A stretch of DNA of 64,000 nt. It comes from Bdellovibrionales bacterium RIFOXYD12_FULL_39_22 (GTDB taxonomy: Bacteria > Bdellovibrionota > Bacteriovoracia > Bacteriovoracales > Bacteriovoracaceae). The notes below the pieces were generated by a model that was given only the letters and a program-made list of their open reading frames with translations, made no database searches and was not told where the DNA came from. The stretch lies in NCBI GenBank assembly GCA_001770205.1, contig MEQL01000039.1, forward strand, positions 260,787 through 324,786, read 5' to 3'. Below, piece after piece: positions 8,932-20,030 of this stretch (position 1 is the stretch's first letter; each line of letters begins with the position of its first letter). Position numbers and translations under genes: made by a program.

Positions 8932-10791
8932 ATGGATTCTACTTTTATCATTGCTATTATCGCCTCCATTTCAGTAAGCGCAATTATGCATATTGTAGAT
9001 AGACAGGCCAAAATTTCCCTGAAATTTAAATTAGTCGGAGGAGTTTCTAGTATTTTAGCGGCAAGCGCAATGATGGGATGGTACGCCATGAGTGGAGTTG
9101 CAAAAATCGAAGAGGGCGTTGACACTATCTCGGCCTATCAGGTTCCTCTCACAGAAATAGTCTCAGAAGTATCACGCCATTTGTTTGAACAAAAATTAGT
9201 TTTTGAGCAATTTTACCATAATAAAAATCATGATAGTGGAGAACGTATAAAGAAAATTACCACCGATATTAATGGCCAAATAGTTGTGGCAAAAAAAGCA
9301 AGCTTGCAGTGGGCCTCCTCCGTGCAGGATAGTGTAGAAAAAAAACAGGCCGGCGAAGTTAGCGATCAGCTTGAAATGCTTCAGGCCAATTATGAGAAAT
9401 TTGCCAAAATAATAGAAATGGCCACGAAGGATATTGAAGGCGGATTGCCTGACTTGGAAGACAAAATTAAAACAGTGGAACGCGAAGGAGATAAGATCAC
9501 CACCACTTTGAATAATCTTTCCAAGGCCCTCTCCACTCAACTTAATACGAGTATGCGAGATTTGAAAAATCATGAGAAAGAAACGCAAAGTGGAGTTAGT
9601 GCGCTAATGATCTTTTTTATACTTTTTGGCCTGTCAACTTTGTGGATAATTGCAAAAGCATCCATTGGCCTTGTGGCCGCCATTCAATCTTTTTCTGGAG
9701 AACTATTTAATACATCAAGGCAAGTTAGCTCTGCTTCACTAGAAATAGCTAACGCCGGCCAGAAAATGGCAGAATCATCTAGTCAGCAGGCCTCTTCGCT
9801 GGAGGAGACCTCTGCCTCTTTGGAAGAGCTAACAGGAATGGTAGATAGTAACGTTGAACATGCAGAACAATCTCATGGAATATCTGATGATGTGAAGATG
9901 GTGGCCCATCAAGGAAATGAGTCTATTACTAAATTAATAGACTCCATGAAGCAAATATTAGCATCTAACGATCGAATCCAAGAATTAGTAAAAGTGATTT
10001 CCGAAATTGGCGAAAAAACGGCCATAATTGACGAAATTGTTTTTCAAACCAAACTCCTTTCTTTCAATGCATCAGTAGAGGCCGAACGAGCAGGTGAACA
10101 TGGACGCGGATTTGCCGTGGTAGCGCAAGAAGTCGGGAATCTTGCACAAGTTAGCGGTAAGGCCGCCCTAGAGATTTCCTCTATTGTCAAAGAAAGCATT
10201 GCCAACGCCGAACAAATTACCAGTGAAAATAAGCGTAATGTTGAATCCGGTAATAAACTAGTAACCGAGACGGCCTTTCTCCTTAATCAGATTGAAGAAT
10301 CTTCGGCACGCTCTAGCGACTATTCTAAGCAAATATTGGAAGCATCTAAAGAGCAGGCGGCCGGAATTCGTCAGATCAATGATGCCATTTCTCAAGTGGA
10401 TCGCGCCACTCAAAGCAACGCCTCGTCTTCCAACGAAACAGCATCGGCCAGTGAAGAGTTACATGCACAGGCCACCTCGCTTGAGGATATCGTCACAAGA
10501 CTAATAGCACTGGTTAATGGGGATGCTCCGGCCACAACTTCCCCTACTCACAATAGTTCTCTACATTCTACGACAAAAAACAACAACGGGCGCCCTAGTT
10601 TAAATTCTCTCCATTCCACTACTACATCTTTGAAAACGACTACCTCCGGTAAACATACGGCCACTCATCATATGACATCTCCTGCGGCAACAGGTTCTAA
10701 AACAATAAAAACACTCTCGGCAAAAGGAATAACATTACCACCCACTTCCAGCGAAAGCAGCAGCACCGAGGATCAATGGGAAAAGCTATAA
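8932..10791 (+). CDS. Methyl-accepting chemotaxis protein
   Basis: TM-periplasmic-TM layout; signalling tip '[33 protein letters not shown]'; Thr/Ser-rich tail ending in the pentapeptide-like QWEKL. Confidence 0.95.
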   Translation: MDSTFIIAIIASISVSAIMHIVDRQAKISLKFKLVGGVSSILAASAMMGWYAMSGVAKIEEGVDTISAYQVPLTEIVSEVSRHLFEQKLVFEQFYHNKNHDSGERIKKITTDINGQIVVAKKASLQWASSVQDSVEKKQAGEVSDQLEMLQANYEKFAKIIEMATKDIEGGLPDLEDKIKTVEREGDKITTTLNNLSKALSTQLNTSMRDLKNHEKETQSGVSALMIFFILFGLSTLWIIAKASIGLVAAIQSFSGELFNTSRQVSSASLEIANAGQKMAESSSQQASSLEETSASLEELTGMVDSNVEHAEQSHGISDDVKMVAHQGNESITKLIDSMKQILASNDRIQELVKVISEIGEKTAIIDEIVFQTKLLSFNASVEAERAGEHGRGFAVVAQEVGNLAQVSGKAALEISSIVKESIANAEQITSENKRNVESGNKLVTETAFLLNQIEESSARSSDYSKQILEASKEQAAGIRQINDAISQVDRATQSNASSSNETASASEELHAQATSLEDIVTRLIALVNGDAPATTSPTHNSSLHSTTKNNNGRPSLNSLHSTTTSLKTTTSGKHTATHHMTSPAATGSKTIKTLSAKGITLPPTSSESSSTEDQWEKL

Positions 10792-10801
10792 GAAGACAAT
10801 G

Positions 10802-11413
10802 CTAATGATTGATAAGCGTATTAGTTGGAGCTTCAAAACTAAAATTGCTATCTGCCAAGGTAACATCTTTGGTGATCGATTTGAATTTCAACGTTACAGG
10901 ATTTTTATTAACGTAATTTAATTCTATAGATTTGATATTAGAAAAATCACTTTTCCCTTCTGCAAAAACTAAAATGGCCTTGGCAATACCCATCTCTTTC
11001 TTTAAGGCATCATTTAGTTGCAATACGTAGTGTCCATTTTCTGCGATCACACTGTAGTTAGAATTATTCGACAGGCCATTTTTTAAAATATCAAAAAATT
11101 TAACCGGCCCGCTTTTAGTGGTGTTTTCTTGAGAGAGAGAGCCGGCCTCTCCCTTAATAACTGGAGCGGTATAATACCACGAGGTTTTGGGGTTACTGAC
11201 GAATGTAATTTTATTTTTTCCTAAAAACTCAAACCTTATATTGCTGGGGTAACGATATTTGAGCGATCCGGGATCAATTTTCTCGCGCCCCGACAGAGTA
11301 CTCTTTTGAACATGGTCGAATTCAGCAGAAAAAGTGGCCGGAATAAAAGACGATGTATTGGCGCGCAGGACCTCGGCCAATAGAAAAAAAACTATCGCAT
11401 AAAATATCTTCAT
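10802..11413 (-). CDS. lolA: LolA-family outer-membrane lipoprotein carrier
   Basis: Signal peptide; 'TFSAEFDHVQ...GSLKYRYPSNIRFE', 'SWYY', C-terminal 'FSFEAP'. Confidence 0.72.
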   Translation of the reverse strand: MKIFYAIVFFLLAEVLRANTSSFIPATFSAEFDHVQKSTLSGREKIDPGSLKYRYPSNIRFEFLGKNKITFVSNPKTSWYYTAPVIKGEAGSLSQENTTKSGPVKFFDILKNGLSNNSNYSVIAENGHYVLQLNDALKKEMGIAKAILVFAEGKSDFSNIKSIELNYVNKNPVTLKFKSITKDVTLADSNFSFEAPTNTLINH

Positions 11414-11449
11414 CCCTCTATCCTTTACCCAATCTATTAAAAATTAAAG

Positions 11450-14400
11450 TTAATGCAACTGTACGGAAACGGCCTTTGAAACCCCCGCCTCCTGCATGGT
11501 AACCCCATAAAGCACGTCATTCATTTCCATAGTTTTTTTGTTATGGGTAATCAAAATAAATTGGGATTCCTTACTCATTTCACGTAACAGCTCATTAAAT
11601 CGGCCAACGTTGGCGTCATCCAGCGGAGCGTCCACCTCATCCAATAAACAAAAGGGAGAGGGTTTAACTAGAAAAATTGAAAAAATCAGACTCACGGCCG
11701 TCATGGCCTTCTCGCCTCCCGACATAAGATTGATGTTTTGCATCTTCTTGCCTGGGGGCTGAGCAATAATATCTACACCACACTCAGGATCATCAAGAAG
11801 TCCAACAATCTTAAGCTCTGCTCGACCTCCTCCGAAAATAATTGGGAAAACTTTTTGGAAGCGATCGTTAACCTCATTAAAGGCAATACTGAAACGCTCT
11901 TTAGATTTGTGGTCAATTTGAGTAATTGCCAACTCTAAATCGGCCAGAGATTTTTTTAACTCGCCCTCTTGCTCTCGTAAAAAACTTGCTCTTTTTTTCT
12001 GACGCTCAAAATCCTCAATGGCCTGCCAATTAATCTCTCCCAACAAAGCATATTCACTTCTATAACGCTTAAATTTCTGCTCACAATCTTTAAGCTCTTG
12101 GCCATAGCGACGATTAAATTCATATGGAACAACTTCGATCGCTTGTGGGCCATTTTCTGTTTCCTGAAAATAGATTGAAGCGATATTTACTAATGTCTCA
12201 TAATCTGTAGAAATAAATCCTAAGAAAGCGCCAACAACTTGACGTAAATCGACATGATATTTTTCAAAAGTATCACGAACGACCTGCCCCTCTTCTGCGA
12301 TATATTGTTGCAATTTGATTTCATATTCTACTAAATCTTTCTCTGTTTTGCTGATATCTCGCGCCAGCCGTCGAACCTCATTTTCACGTTCTTGCATAGC
12401 ATTTAGAAGATGAGTTAGCTCATCTTTTAATCCATTAAGCTGGTTATCTCTACCTAACAAATCATTAGCGGTGGCCTGATTTTCTTCGCGCAATTTATGC
12501 GTCTCCGCACTGATTGCCACTAACTCCTCTTCTAGTAAGGTGACTAATCCCTTACTATTTTCTAATTTGAGATTATTGCGCGATAATTGGTTGTGCAAAT
12601 CATCGAGTTGCCGAGTCACCGAAGCGATTCTACTATCCAGAGATTTTAACTCCACCTGTTTTTCTAATAACTCTGATCTGTTTTCTTCATAGGAAGAGCG
12701 GGTCTCTGCTACCGTATCTGCAATTTCATCATGCTGCGATTGAAAAGATTCAATCGTCTGCTTGGCCTGTGCCAAATTCGTAGCAAGTCTCTCTTCATCT
12801 TCCATTAATTGAAGACGATCTTTCGAAACTTCCCCTTTGCGATTGCGCAAGATCTCTAAACGTACTCGTCCAGTTTCAAAAGCAGATAATTTAGAATCCA
12901 GGGCCGCCTTTTTAGAAATAAACTCTGCTTTGGCATTGGCCAAGGCCGTACGCAAATTATCATAATCTAGTCGCCTCTGCTCTAGAACACTTTTTTGCTC
13001 ACCCTCTTTTTGTGCTAATTCATCACAACGCAGTTGTAATTGCGCACGCTCTTTTTCTAGTTCAGCAATTCGATTATTGCGTGCGACAATACTTTGATCA
13101 TTGGCATCGCCTAGTACCGAAACAATTTTACTACCATTGAGATTTTCAATTAAAAAATCCCCTTCTAGGGAAACAATTTTTTTAAATTTAATTTGTCCTG
13201 AAATTGTCGCCAGCGCGTTAATACTGCACTCTTCTACTATAAAATGATTGGCAAAAAGTGTACGCAAAAAATCATAACCTTCTGGTAGAACTACCACCTC
13301 TGAAAGCTTGGACACTTTGACGAGCCCATTTAATTTCAAACGCTCCACTGTCTCATCGTCAGAAATATGGGACTTGCTATCCAGCTCTAAAAAATCTAAA
13401 GCGCACCCTTTATTATCCCCAATCCAGGAAAGCAAATTTTTATGATCAGTCTCTCCACTAACAATACTCTCTAGTAGTCCCGCCAGCAGTGCCTGCACGG
13501 GCCGAGTAAATCGATCGTCACACTTAACAAGGTTGCCTAGCAACGTGTACCTTTTGCCATCCTCCGTTTTTAAAAATTCAACAGCTCCGTCACGCGCTCC
13601 GGCCAATGAATCTGCTAGCTCTTTTAGCGAGGCATGTTTTGATTCGGTCTTGATTAATTCCGTGTTTTTTTGACGAAAAATGCTATCAGTCTGTTTGTAC
13701 TCTTCACTTAATTGTTCTAAGTTTTTCTTAAGCTTTTGCTCATCTTCTTGCGTCTGCAAAAACCTCGTTTCGCTATTTATAACTTCGCTGCGTTCTTCAC
13801 TAATTTGGCCAGACACTCCAGAATATTGCTTTTCTAAGGCCTCAATCTCGGTAGTAATATCTTGTAGTCCTGCGGACAGCTCCTTCTGTCTAGTGGTGTT
13901 TTGGAAAAGTTTCCTCTCCAAATCATCCTTGCTGGACTTTTGACTATTTAATTGTCGCTGCAAAGAAAGAAGCTCTTCTTCTTTTTCTTCCAACATCAAT
14001 TTTAAATGGGAAACTCTGCTTTCTAAATCAGAAAAATCATCATCCTGACCTTTAAGATCATTTAGGCCAGATTGCTCCGCTTCTAGTTCAGACAAACGAG
14101 CAGAACGTGTCACAATCTCTTCACCTAACTCAACAATCTCCGTTTTGGTTCGGGCCAACGTCTGTTCTTTATCTTTTCTACTACGATCTAGCGAATTTAA
14201 CCGCTCTTCCGAAGCGGCCAATTTGCGACTAATTTCATTATACTGAGTCTGTAATAATTCAATCTGGCCAATTTGCGCCTGTTTTCTAATTCGTTCTTCT
14301 TCCAGGCCCAATTCAATCGTGCTTTTTTGAGTTTGCCAGTTTTCAAAATTGGCCTTCTTCTCTCTGATTATATTTTGCCCATCTCTGATATCTTTTAAAA

Positions 14401-15127
14401 GGTCCATCTCCCGATGGGAGTTAACAATAAGTTCGTTGTGTTCAATTTTTATTTTGAGGGCCCGTGCCTGCTCTGCCTTCTCGGCCTGTCGCTCCAGGGA
14501 TTTTAAATTCTTTTCTACTTCCGTTTGGATATCTACTAGTCGCAAAAGATTGGATTGGGCCTGTTCTATCTTGCGTAAAGATTCACGCTTACGCATCTTG
14601 AATTTGGTAATTCCGGCCACCTCTTCAATCATAACTCTGCGCTCTTCCGGTTTGGCCTGCACTAAGCGGTCAATCTCTCCCTGGGCAATAATGGAATAAG
14701 ATTTTGCCCCCGCTCCGGTGTCCATAAAAACTTCTTGGATGTCTTTAAGACGGCAGATAACGTTATTGATACGATATTCTGACTCTCCGTTGCGGTATAA
14801 TTTGCGAGTCAATTGAATTTCAGATGGGTTACAAACACTCTCGCCTATATGGATATGCTTCCCTTCATCGTTTTCTAAAATCAACGAAACTTCTGCCCAC
14901 ACACCCGGACTATACTTGGAAGAACCAGAGAAAATAACATCCTTCATGGTGTTTCCGCGCAAGTGCTTGGCCGACTGCTCCCCCATTACCCAAAAAAGAG
15001 CGTCTACAATATTAGATTTTCCGCAACCGTTGGGCCCAACAATTCCGGTGATCCCGCGATCAAAAGTAATAACCGTTTTATCCTTAAAAGACTTGAAACC
15101 ATGAATTATCAATCGTTGTAACTTCAC
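11450..15127 (-). CDS. smc: Chromosome segregation ATPase SMC
   Basis: 'GFKSF', Walker A GPNGCGKSNIVDA, long coiled coils with hinge, 'LMSGGEK', 'LLDEVDAPLD', 'ITH'. Confidence 0.96.
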   Translation of the reverse strand: MKLQRLIIHGFKSFKDKTVITFDRGITGIVGPNGCGKSNIVDALFWVMGEQSAKHLRGNTMKDVIFSGSSKYSPGVWAEVSLILENDEGKHIHIGESVCNPSEIQLTRKLYRNGESEYRINNVICRLKDIQEVFMDTGAGAKSYSIIAQGEIDRLVQAKPEERRVMIEEVAGITKFKMRKRESLRKIEQAQSNLLRLVDIQTEVEKNLKSLERQAEKAEQARALKIKIEHNELIVNSHREMDLLKDIRDGQNIIREKKANFENWQTQKSTIELGLEEERIRKQAQIGQIELLQTQYNEISRKLAASEERLNSLDRSRKDKEQTLARTKTEIVELGEEIVTRSARLSELEAEQSGLNDLKGQDDDFSDLESRVSHLKLMLEEKEEELLSLQRQLNSQKSSKDDLERKLFQNTTRQKELSAGLQDITTEIEALEKQYSGVSGQISEERSEVINSETRFLQTQEDEQKLKKNLEQLSEEYKQTDSIFRQKNTELIKTESKHASLKELADSLAGARDGAVEFLKTEDGKRYTLLGNLVKCDDRFTRPVQALLAGLLESIVSGETDHKNLLSWIGDNKGCALDFLELDSKSHISDDETVERLKLNGLVKVSKLSEVVVLPEGYDFLRTLFANHFIVEECSINALATISGQIKFKKIVSLEGDFLIENLNGSKIVSVLGDANDQSIVARNNRIAELEKERAQLQLRCDELAQKEGEQKSVLEQRRLDYDNLRTALANAKAEFISKKAALDSKLSAFETGRVRLEILRNRKGEVSKDRLQLMEDEERLATNLAQAKQTIESFQSQHDEIADTVAETRSSYEENRSELLEKQVELKSLDSRIASVTRQLDDLHNQLSRNNLKLENSKGLVTLLEEELVAISAETHKLREENQATANDLLGRDNQLNGLKDELTHLLNAMQERENEVRRLARDISKTEKDLVEYEIKLQQYIAEEGQVVRDTFEKYHVDLRQVVGAFLGFISTDYETLVNIASIYFQETENGPQAIEVVPYEFNRRYGQELKDCEQKFKRYRSEYALLGEINWQAIEDFERQKKRASFLREQEGELKKSLADLELAITQIDHKSKERFSIAFNEVNDRFQKVFPIIFGGGRAELKIVGLLDDPECGVDIIAQPPGKKMQNINLMSGGEKAMTAVSLIFSIFLVKPSPFCLLDEVDAPLDDANVGRFNELLREMSKESQFILITHNKKTMEMNDVLYGVTMQEAGVSKAVSVQLH

Positions 15128-15404
15128 CTAAAATCTCCTCATAGCGAGTTGGTTTTAACTATTGGGTATAGCTTTTAAATCTTGCACAAGATGGCCGATT
15201 AGTACATTACAAATTTGGGCCACCAACTAACAAAATCGGCGGCGGCGTCCCTTTGCAGGCCATGGGCCCATCAATGTTTTTATTTGTCAGAAAATTTTTG
15301 ATAAAATTTCTAAAAAGGCCAATTTACTCAAAAGACCATTTATGTTAATAATTATTCAATTTCATAACCCCTCATAACCATCGCAAATGCGAAAGAAGCG
15401 TTAA

Positions 15405-16598
15405 ATGCTTAAAACACTCCCCCGTAGTAACTTTTGTAGAGTGGCCATAATTTATAATCACGACTTTCCTTCCAGCGTAATCGCTGACGATGAAGGGATT
15501 CTTAGTAATTGCGATGAGCCTCCCAGTTGTCTTGTTCAAAAATCATCCTTTTGTGAAGGGCTAGAGGCACGGGCCAGTGTCCAATCAGTTGCCCAGTCAG
15601 TGCACCGTGCACTTTTAAATATCGGTCTCATCCACGTTGATGTTTTTCCCATTAAAAAACTTTCGGCCATCTCTAAAATAATTTCCAATAGAAAACATGA
15701 TCTTATTTTTAATCTTTGCGAAACGCTTGATGGCGATAGTCGCATGGAAATAGAGGTTGCTAAACTGTTAGAACGTGGACGAATTCCTTTCACCGGAAAT
15801 AGCGCCTACACACTAGAACGTGCTCTCAGTAAATTTCATAGTACCACTCTACTACGGCAGGCACACATTAATGTCCCTGAAAGTTTTTTGATAAAATCCC
15901 TAGATGAACTACCGACTATTAATTTTAATCAGCACCGCTTTATCCTAAAGCCTAACGAGCAAGATGGCTCCACCGGTATTGAATTTTCCTCCGTCGTAAA
16001 CGATCAAAAAGAACTTGCCACTCAGGCCAAACTTCTTTTTGAAAATGGCCAAGGGCCTCTTATCGCACAACAATATATCGATGGCCGAGAAATAAATTTG
16101 GCAATAATCGGAAATAAAGTTAATAAATTTTGGAACTGTTCAGAAATTGACTTTTCTAAACTGCCAGAAAATCTTCCTAAAATTCTAAATTATTCTTCCA
16201 AGTGGATTGAGGAATCTCCTGAATACAAAAAGACCGTTGGTATTCGGCCAGAACTATCTTCATCTCTGCGAAATAAGATTTTTGAAATCGGAATTAAAAC
16301 GGCCAAGGCCTTAAAAATTTCTAGTTATGCCCGTCTTGATTTACGCATTGATAGCGACGAAAATCCCTATGTGATTGATATAAATCCCAATTGCGATCTA
16401 GATCCTACTGCCGGCCTTGCCCGCTCCGCCAGCTACAACGGTCTAGGCCATGAAGCGTTGATTTTTAAAATAATGGAGATTGCTTTTGAAAATTTCACCT
16501 CGCCAAAAAATTTCCTGGCCCCAGTTTTCAGCTTAAATCCACTTCCCTATCTCTCGGCGTATAGGCTCAAATTACAAGAGCAAAAAAATAATTTGTGA
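15405..16598 (+). CDS. D-Ala-D-Ala-ligase-like ATP-grasp enzyme (non-canonical subfamily)
   Basis: 'IFNLCE', 'PFTG', 'LKPNEQDGSTGI', 'YIDGREI', 'YARLDLR', 'VIDINPN'. Lacks the N-terminal GGxSxE motif of housekeeping Ddl. Confidence 0.82.
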   Translation: MLKTLPRSNFCRVAIIYNHDFPSSVIADDEGILSNCDEPPSCLVQKSSFCEGLEARASVQSVAQSVHRALLNIGLIHVDVFPIKKLSAISKIISNRKHDLIFNLCETLDGDSRMEIEVAKLLERGRIPFTGNSAYTLERALSKFHSTTLLRQAHINVPESFLIKSLDELPTINFNQHRFILKPNEQDGSTGIEFSSVVNDQKELATQAKLLFENGQGPLIAQQYIDGREINLAIIGNKVNKFWNCSEIDFSKLPENLPKILNYSSKWIEESPEYKKTVGIRPELSSSLRNKIFEIGIKTAKALKISSYARLDLRIDSDENPYVIDINPNCDLDPTAGLARSASYNGLGHEALIFKIMEIAFENFTSPKNFLAPVFSLNPLPYLSAYRLKLQEQKNNL

Positions 16599-17092
16599 GT
16601 ATTATGAATATAAAAAAAATTCGCGCCGTGGCCAAAAATGAAAATGACTACAAATCAATGCTCAAATTACTAAGTGACATTCCTCTTTTTTCTCGCGATG
16701 AGAATGAAGTTGTGTTGGAATTACTCGATCTATACCAAAATAATCCTAATAACCGTGACTACTATTTTTTTGCCACAGAAGAAGAAATGGGTAATTTTTC
16801 AAGTTTTATCTGCTTCGGGCCAACGCCTATGACTTCTGGAACCTATGATCTCTATTGGCTAGGAACCTCACAGAAATATGAAAAACAGGGATTAGCACGA
16901 TCCTTAGTTGATTTTATGATTAGCTACTTGCGAGAACATCAAGGAAGAATTATTCGCGTTGAAACTGCTAGTAAAGAGGCCTATAGCGGAACGCAAGCAT
17001 TTTACCAACGTCTAAATTTCAAAGAAGAGGCGCGGCTTCGAGATTTTTATGCTCCCGGAGATGACCTAATGATGTTTACCTATCACGTTTAG
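16595..17092 (+). CDS. GNAT N-acetyltransferase
   Basis: 'CFGPTPMTSGTYDLYWLG', 'KQGLARSL', 'RVETAS', 'AFYQRLNF'. GTGA overlap with the upstream gene. Confidence 0.9.
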   Translation: MSIMNIKKIRAVAKNENDYKSMLKLLSDIPLFSRDENEVVLELLDLYQNNPNNRDYYFFATEEEMGNFSSFICFGPTPMTSGTYDLYWLGTSQKYEKQGLARSLVDFMISYLREHQGRIIRVETASKEAYSGTQAFYQRLNFKEEARLRDFYAPGDDLMMFTYHV

Positions 17093-17112
17093 GGTGAGGA
17101 GGATTACCAATT

Positions 17113-17550
17113 ATGATTGCTAAGTATCCACTACAAGTTGCCGTCGTTGATGATGATCAAGACATGCTAGATATTATAAAAAAACATATGGCCGGTGATG
17201 GAATTTTTGAAATCACTACCTTTATTAATCCAGAGATAGCATTAAAAGAGATGGCACAAAAAGATTTTAGTATCGCCTTAATTGATATTCAGATGCCACA
17301 ATTGCCAGGAGATCTGCTATTAAAAGCTTTGCACGACCTAAAAAAAGGAATGCAAATTATTATTATGACTGGCCATCCTAGTATAACTAATTTTCACGCT
17401 TGCTTTCGCTCAAGGGCCAATGATTTTGTACTAAAACCTATTACCAAAAATTCTCTCTACGCTGCGCTTAACCGCTCCAAAGATAATATTGATCGCTGGT
17501 GCGCCAAACTTGAAGAGCTAATGAGATCCAAAAAACAATCTCGCCTTTAA
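17113..17550 (+). CDS. Single-domain response regulator
   Basis: 'VAVVDDD', 'LIDIQMP', 'IMTG', 'FVLKP'; GAGGAGG SD. Confidence 0.9.
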   Translation: MIAKYPLQVAVVDDDQDMLDIIKKHMAGDGIFEITTFINPEIALKEMAQKDFSIALIDIQMPQLPGDLLLKALHDLKKGMQIIIMTGHPSITNFHACFRSRANDFVLKPITKNSLYAALNRSKDNIDRWCAKLEELMRSKKQSRL

Positions 17551-17587
17551 AGATTAAAGGTACGTCATAGCACTTACGAGCAGTGCA

Positions 17588-19678
17588 TTATTTGCGATAA
17601 AAATTCATGGGCTGATTTACTTCTACCGTTCCGCCTCCCAGTGGCTCCGGAAATTTTATACCACGCAAAACGTCTAACACGCACTCTTTAACTTCGACAG
17701 GTAAGGCCTCGGACTCCGCATTTCGGCCAATGCCAGCACGGGTAACATGTCCAGAGGCCCCAATAACAAAACTTAGAGGTAACATTCCATCAAAGGCCTG
17801 GTTAGAAGCGCTCAGTGTTCGCTGATAACAATTGCGAAAATATTGAAAATTTTCCATGAGAATTCTTCTGATCACATCGGGGTCCATAGAGCCGAGAATA
17901 ATTGTATTGGAGGGAATTCCTACTGCATAGATACTTTTTTTATTGGCCAGACCTTCGACTCCTTTTGAAGTATCAATTTTTCCTTGTGCGACACCACTTA
18001 AACTACCAATTTGCTGACTAACACTGGCCCTTTTTAATGTGGCCGACTCTGCCCCCGCCTCTAGTACTAAGGCCGAAGAAGCACCTCCTGAATTTGAGTT
18101 AACGGCATCTACCTGCTTGCTAGCACCGCCTTTGGCCAATAGTCCACTGACCGTACTGGCGAAATCTGCCGATTTATATACATCAACATGGCCGAGCGAT
18201 GGTGCTTTGATATCCGCATTGGTGGCCTGTTTTTTTGGACTAACATTCTTTGTTTTAGCGTTATTTTGCGGTTGCACTAAATCCGTTACATTATCTTTGG
18301 CACCTTTATTGGCCTGTGCCTTTTGGATTTGTTTAACCTCTTGTTCATTTTTCTGACCGGCCACTTTAACCACATCCGTCTGCTTTAGTTTATCTTCCGG
18401 CTTAATTTCAATTTTCTCTTCAACCGGATTTTTGTTGGGAGTATCTGGGCGTGCCTCTTGAATAACTTTGGGGGCCATTATGGTTTTTTCTAAGGCCCTT
18501 GTTTTTGAAACATATAATTTTTGATTGTACAAAATGGTAGCAATGCGCTCTGGCGTTTTATCCTTTTCTGCTTCACGATCAATCTCAATCATATTTACAC
18601 CTACAGTGAAAACAATAAATAGAACGATCATCAAAATTAAATAGGTAGCTAAGTCTTTGTCCCGAGGAAAGAGTGCAGGAGTGGCAACGGAGGGAGGTGG
18701 ACTATCTAGTCGCACAAAAATTTGAATGTCGCCTTTTGTCAAATGAACAATATCATCACCACGAAGCGCATGTGTTGAGCCAGTCTTAATTTTTCTCAGT
18801 CCGTCCTCTTGTTTGTCAGAGAGAAGCATATAATCGTGGCCATCCAGTAAGTTAACAAAAATATCTTTTTCTATGACCTCAATAAACGGAATTTTTTCTT
18901 TTTTTGCTAAGTATCCATATTCAATTTCATGATGTGATGGCCGGCCACCTACCAAATTATAGATTCCTTTGTCAGTGGGTAAATAATCTACTGAAAAAAT
19001 TTTTCCTTTAAATAAAATAATTACTTCTACTGCTTTGCGATCAATATTGTATTTAAAAATAGGGTACAGTTCCACATTTTCTTCAAAAATATATTCTATA
19101 TAATCGGCCTTAGGGTCTTTCGCTAACGGGTATTCTATTCGCGGAATATCTTGCGCATAGGGGAAAGGCGTCATCGTGTTAGTTGTGTTAGTTGTATTAG
19201 TTTTAGTAGAAGGAGGAATTTTTATATTTATTTTGCTAACATCGGCCGGAACGCTAGGCGGGAGCCGGCCACGTTTACCTTCAATATCCAAAATACGATC
19301 CGGGCCTAACATATCCAAAACGGGAGGAATGGCATCTTCCTTTACATACTTACGGAAAATAAAAGAGTGTTGTCCGAAACGAAGCTGATCTCCTTCCTTT
19401 ATCTTTTCAACAACGACTTTTTTATTGTTGTGATAAGTCCCGTTCATGCTGTGCATATCGAAAATACGAAGTCCACTGCTACCAATTTCTAATACCGCAT
19501 GGATGGCCGCCACGTCGCTATAACGCAAAACTATATCGCAGGTCTCTGCGCTACCAATCAGTACACGAGTACGCGTTATAATGTGATTACCACGTCTAGT
19601 TCCGGCGCCGACCGCAAACAATTCATAGAGTGGTGGCAGAGAATTTTTTTGCGAACTTCTGGATATTTCTCTATTCAT
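17588..19678 (-). CDS. FHA-domain, single-TM, TonB-C/AgmX-type protein (GltG-like gliding component)
   Basis: N-terminal FHA ('VLIGSAETCDI...HAVLE...SMNGTY'), one TM, charged linker, C-terminal 'FRNCYQ...FVIGASGHV...IKFPEPLGGGTVEVNQP'. Confidence 0.82.
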   Translation of the reverse strand: MNREISRSSQKNSLPPLYELFAVGAGTRRGNHIITRTRVLIGSAETCDIVLRYSDVAAIHAVLEIGSSGLRIFDMHSMNGTYHNNKKVVVEKIKEGDQLRFGQHSFIFRKYVKEDAIPPVLDMLGPDRILDIEGKRGRLPPSVPADVSKINIKIPPSTKTNTTNTTNTMTPFPYAQDIPRIEYPLAKDPKADYIEYIFEENVELYPIFKYNIDRKAVEVIILFKGKIFSVDYLPTDKGIYNLVGGRPSHHEIEYGYLAKKEKIPFIEVIEKDIFVNLLDGHDYMLLSDKQEDGLRKIKTGSTHALRGDDIVHLTKGDIQIFVRLDSPPPSVATPALFPRDKDLATYLILMIVLFIVFTVGVNMIEIDREAEKDKTPERIATILYNQKLYVSKTRALEKTIMAPKVIQEARPDTPNKNPVEEKIEIKPEDKLKQTDVVKVAGQKNEQEVKQIQKAQANKGAKDNVTDLVQPQNNAKTKNVSPKKQATNADIKAPSLGHVDVYKSADFASTVSGLLAKGGASKQVDAVNSNSGGASSALVLEAGAESATLKRASVSQQIGSLSGVAQGKIDTSKGVEGLANKKSIYAVGIPSNTIILGSMDPDVIRRILMENFQYFRNCYQRTLSASNQAFDGMLPLSFVIGASGHVTRAGIGRNAESEALPVEVKECVLDVLRGIKFPEPLGGGTVEVNQPMNFYRK

Positions 19679-19698
19679 ATTTAAATTCCTCTTACTCT

Positions 19699-20013
19699 TT
19701 ATCGTACACGTTCAATGGCCCGATGAATCTCCGGCCTAAAATTTCTCCGATAAGGCAGCATATTTTTAAACATCTGTTGATAGCGAGGTCGAATGGAGAG
19801 ATCTCCTGGAGATAAATCTTCCGCATCTACCATCATGCTTTCAAAATCAAACTTTTCATACTCTTTGTATTTGTAAACAGTATTAGCATTGGCCGCAGAT
19901 TTGTTGGAGGGGCGTGAAGAGTAGGGCCTTCTTTGCTCTTTTCCAACGCAAATTAGGGCAATGGCCCAAGAAATAATAAAAACCAAAACAATTTTTTTTA
20001 TCATATTCTTCAT
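19699..20013 (-). CDS. Small exported protein, GltF/CglF-like
   Basis: Signal peptide; 'FDFESMMVDAEDLSPG...LPYRRNFRPEI' resembles GltF; sits between gltE- and gltG-like genes. Confidence 0.65.
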   Translation of the reverse strand: MKNMIKKIVLVFIISWAIALICVGKEQRRPYSSRPSNKSAANANTVYKYKEYEKFDFESMMVDAEDLSPGDLSIRPRYQQMFKNMLPYRRNFRPEIHRAIERVR

Positions 20014-20030
20014 CCTTCTTATCTCTATCT

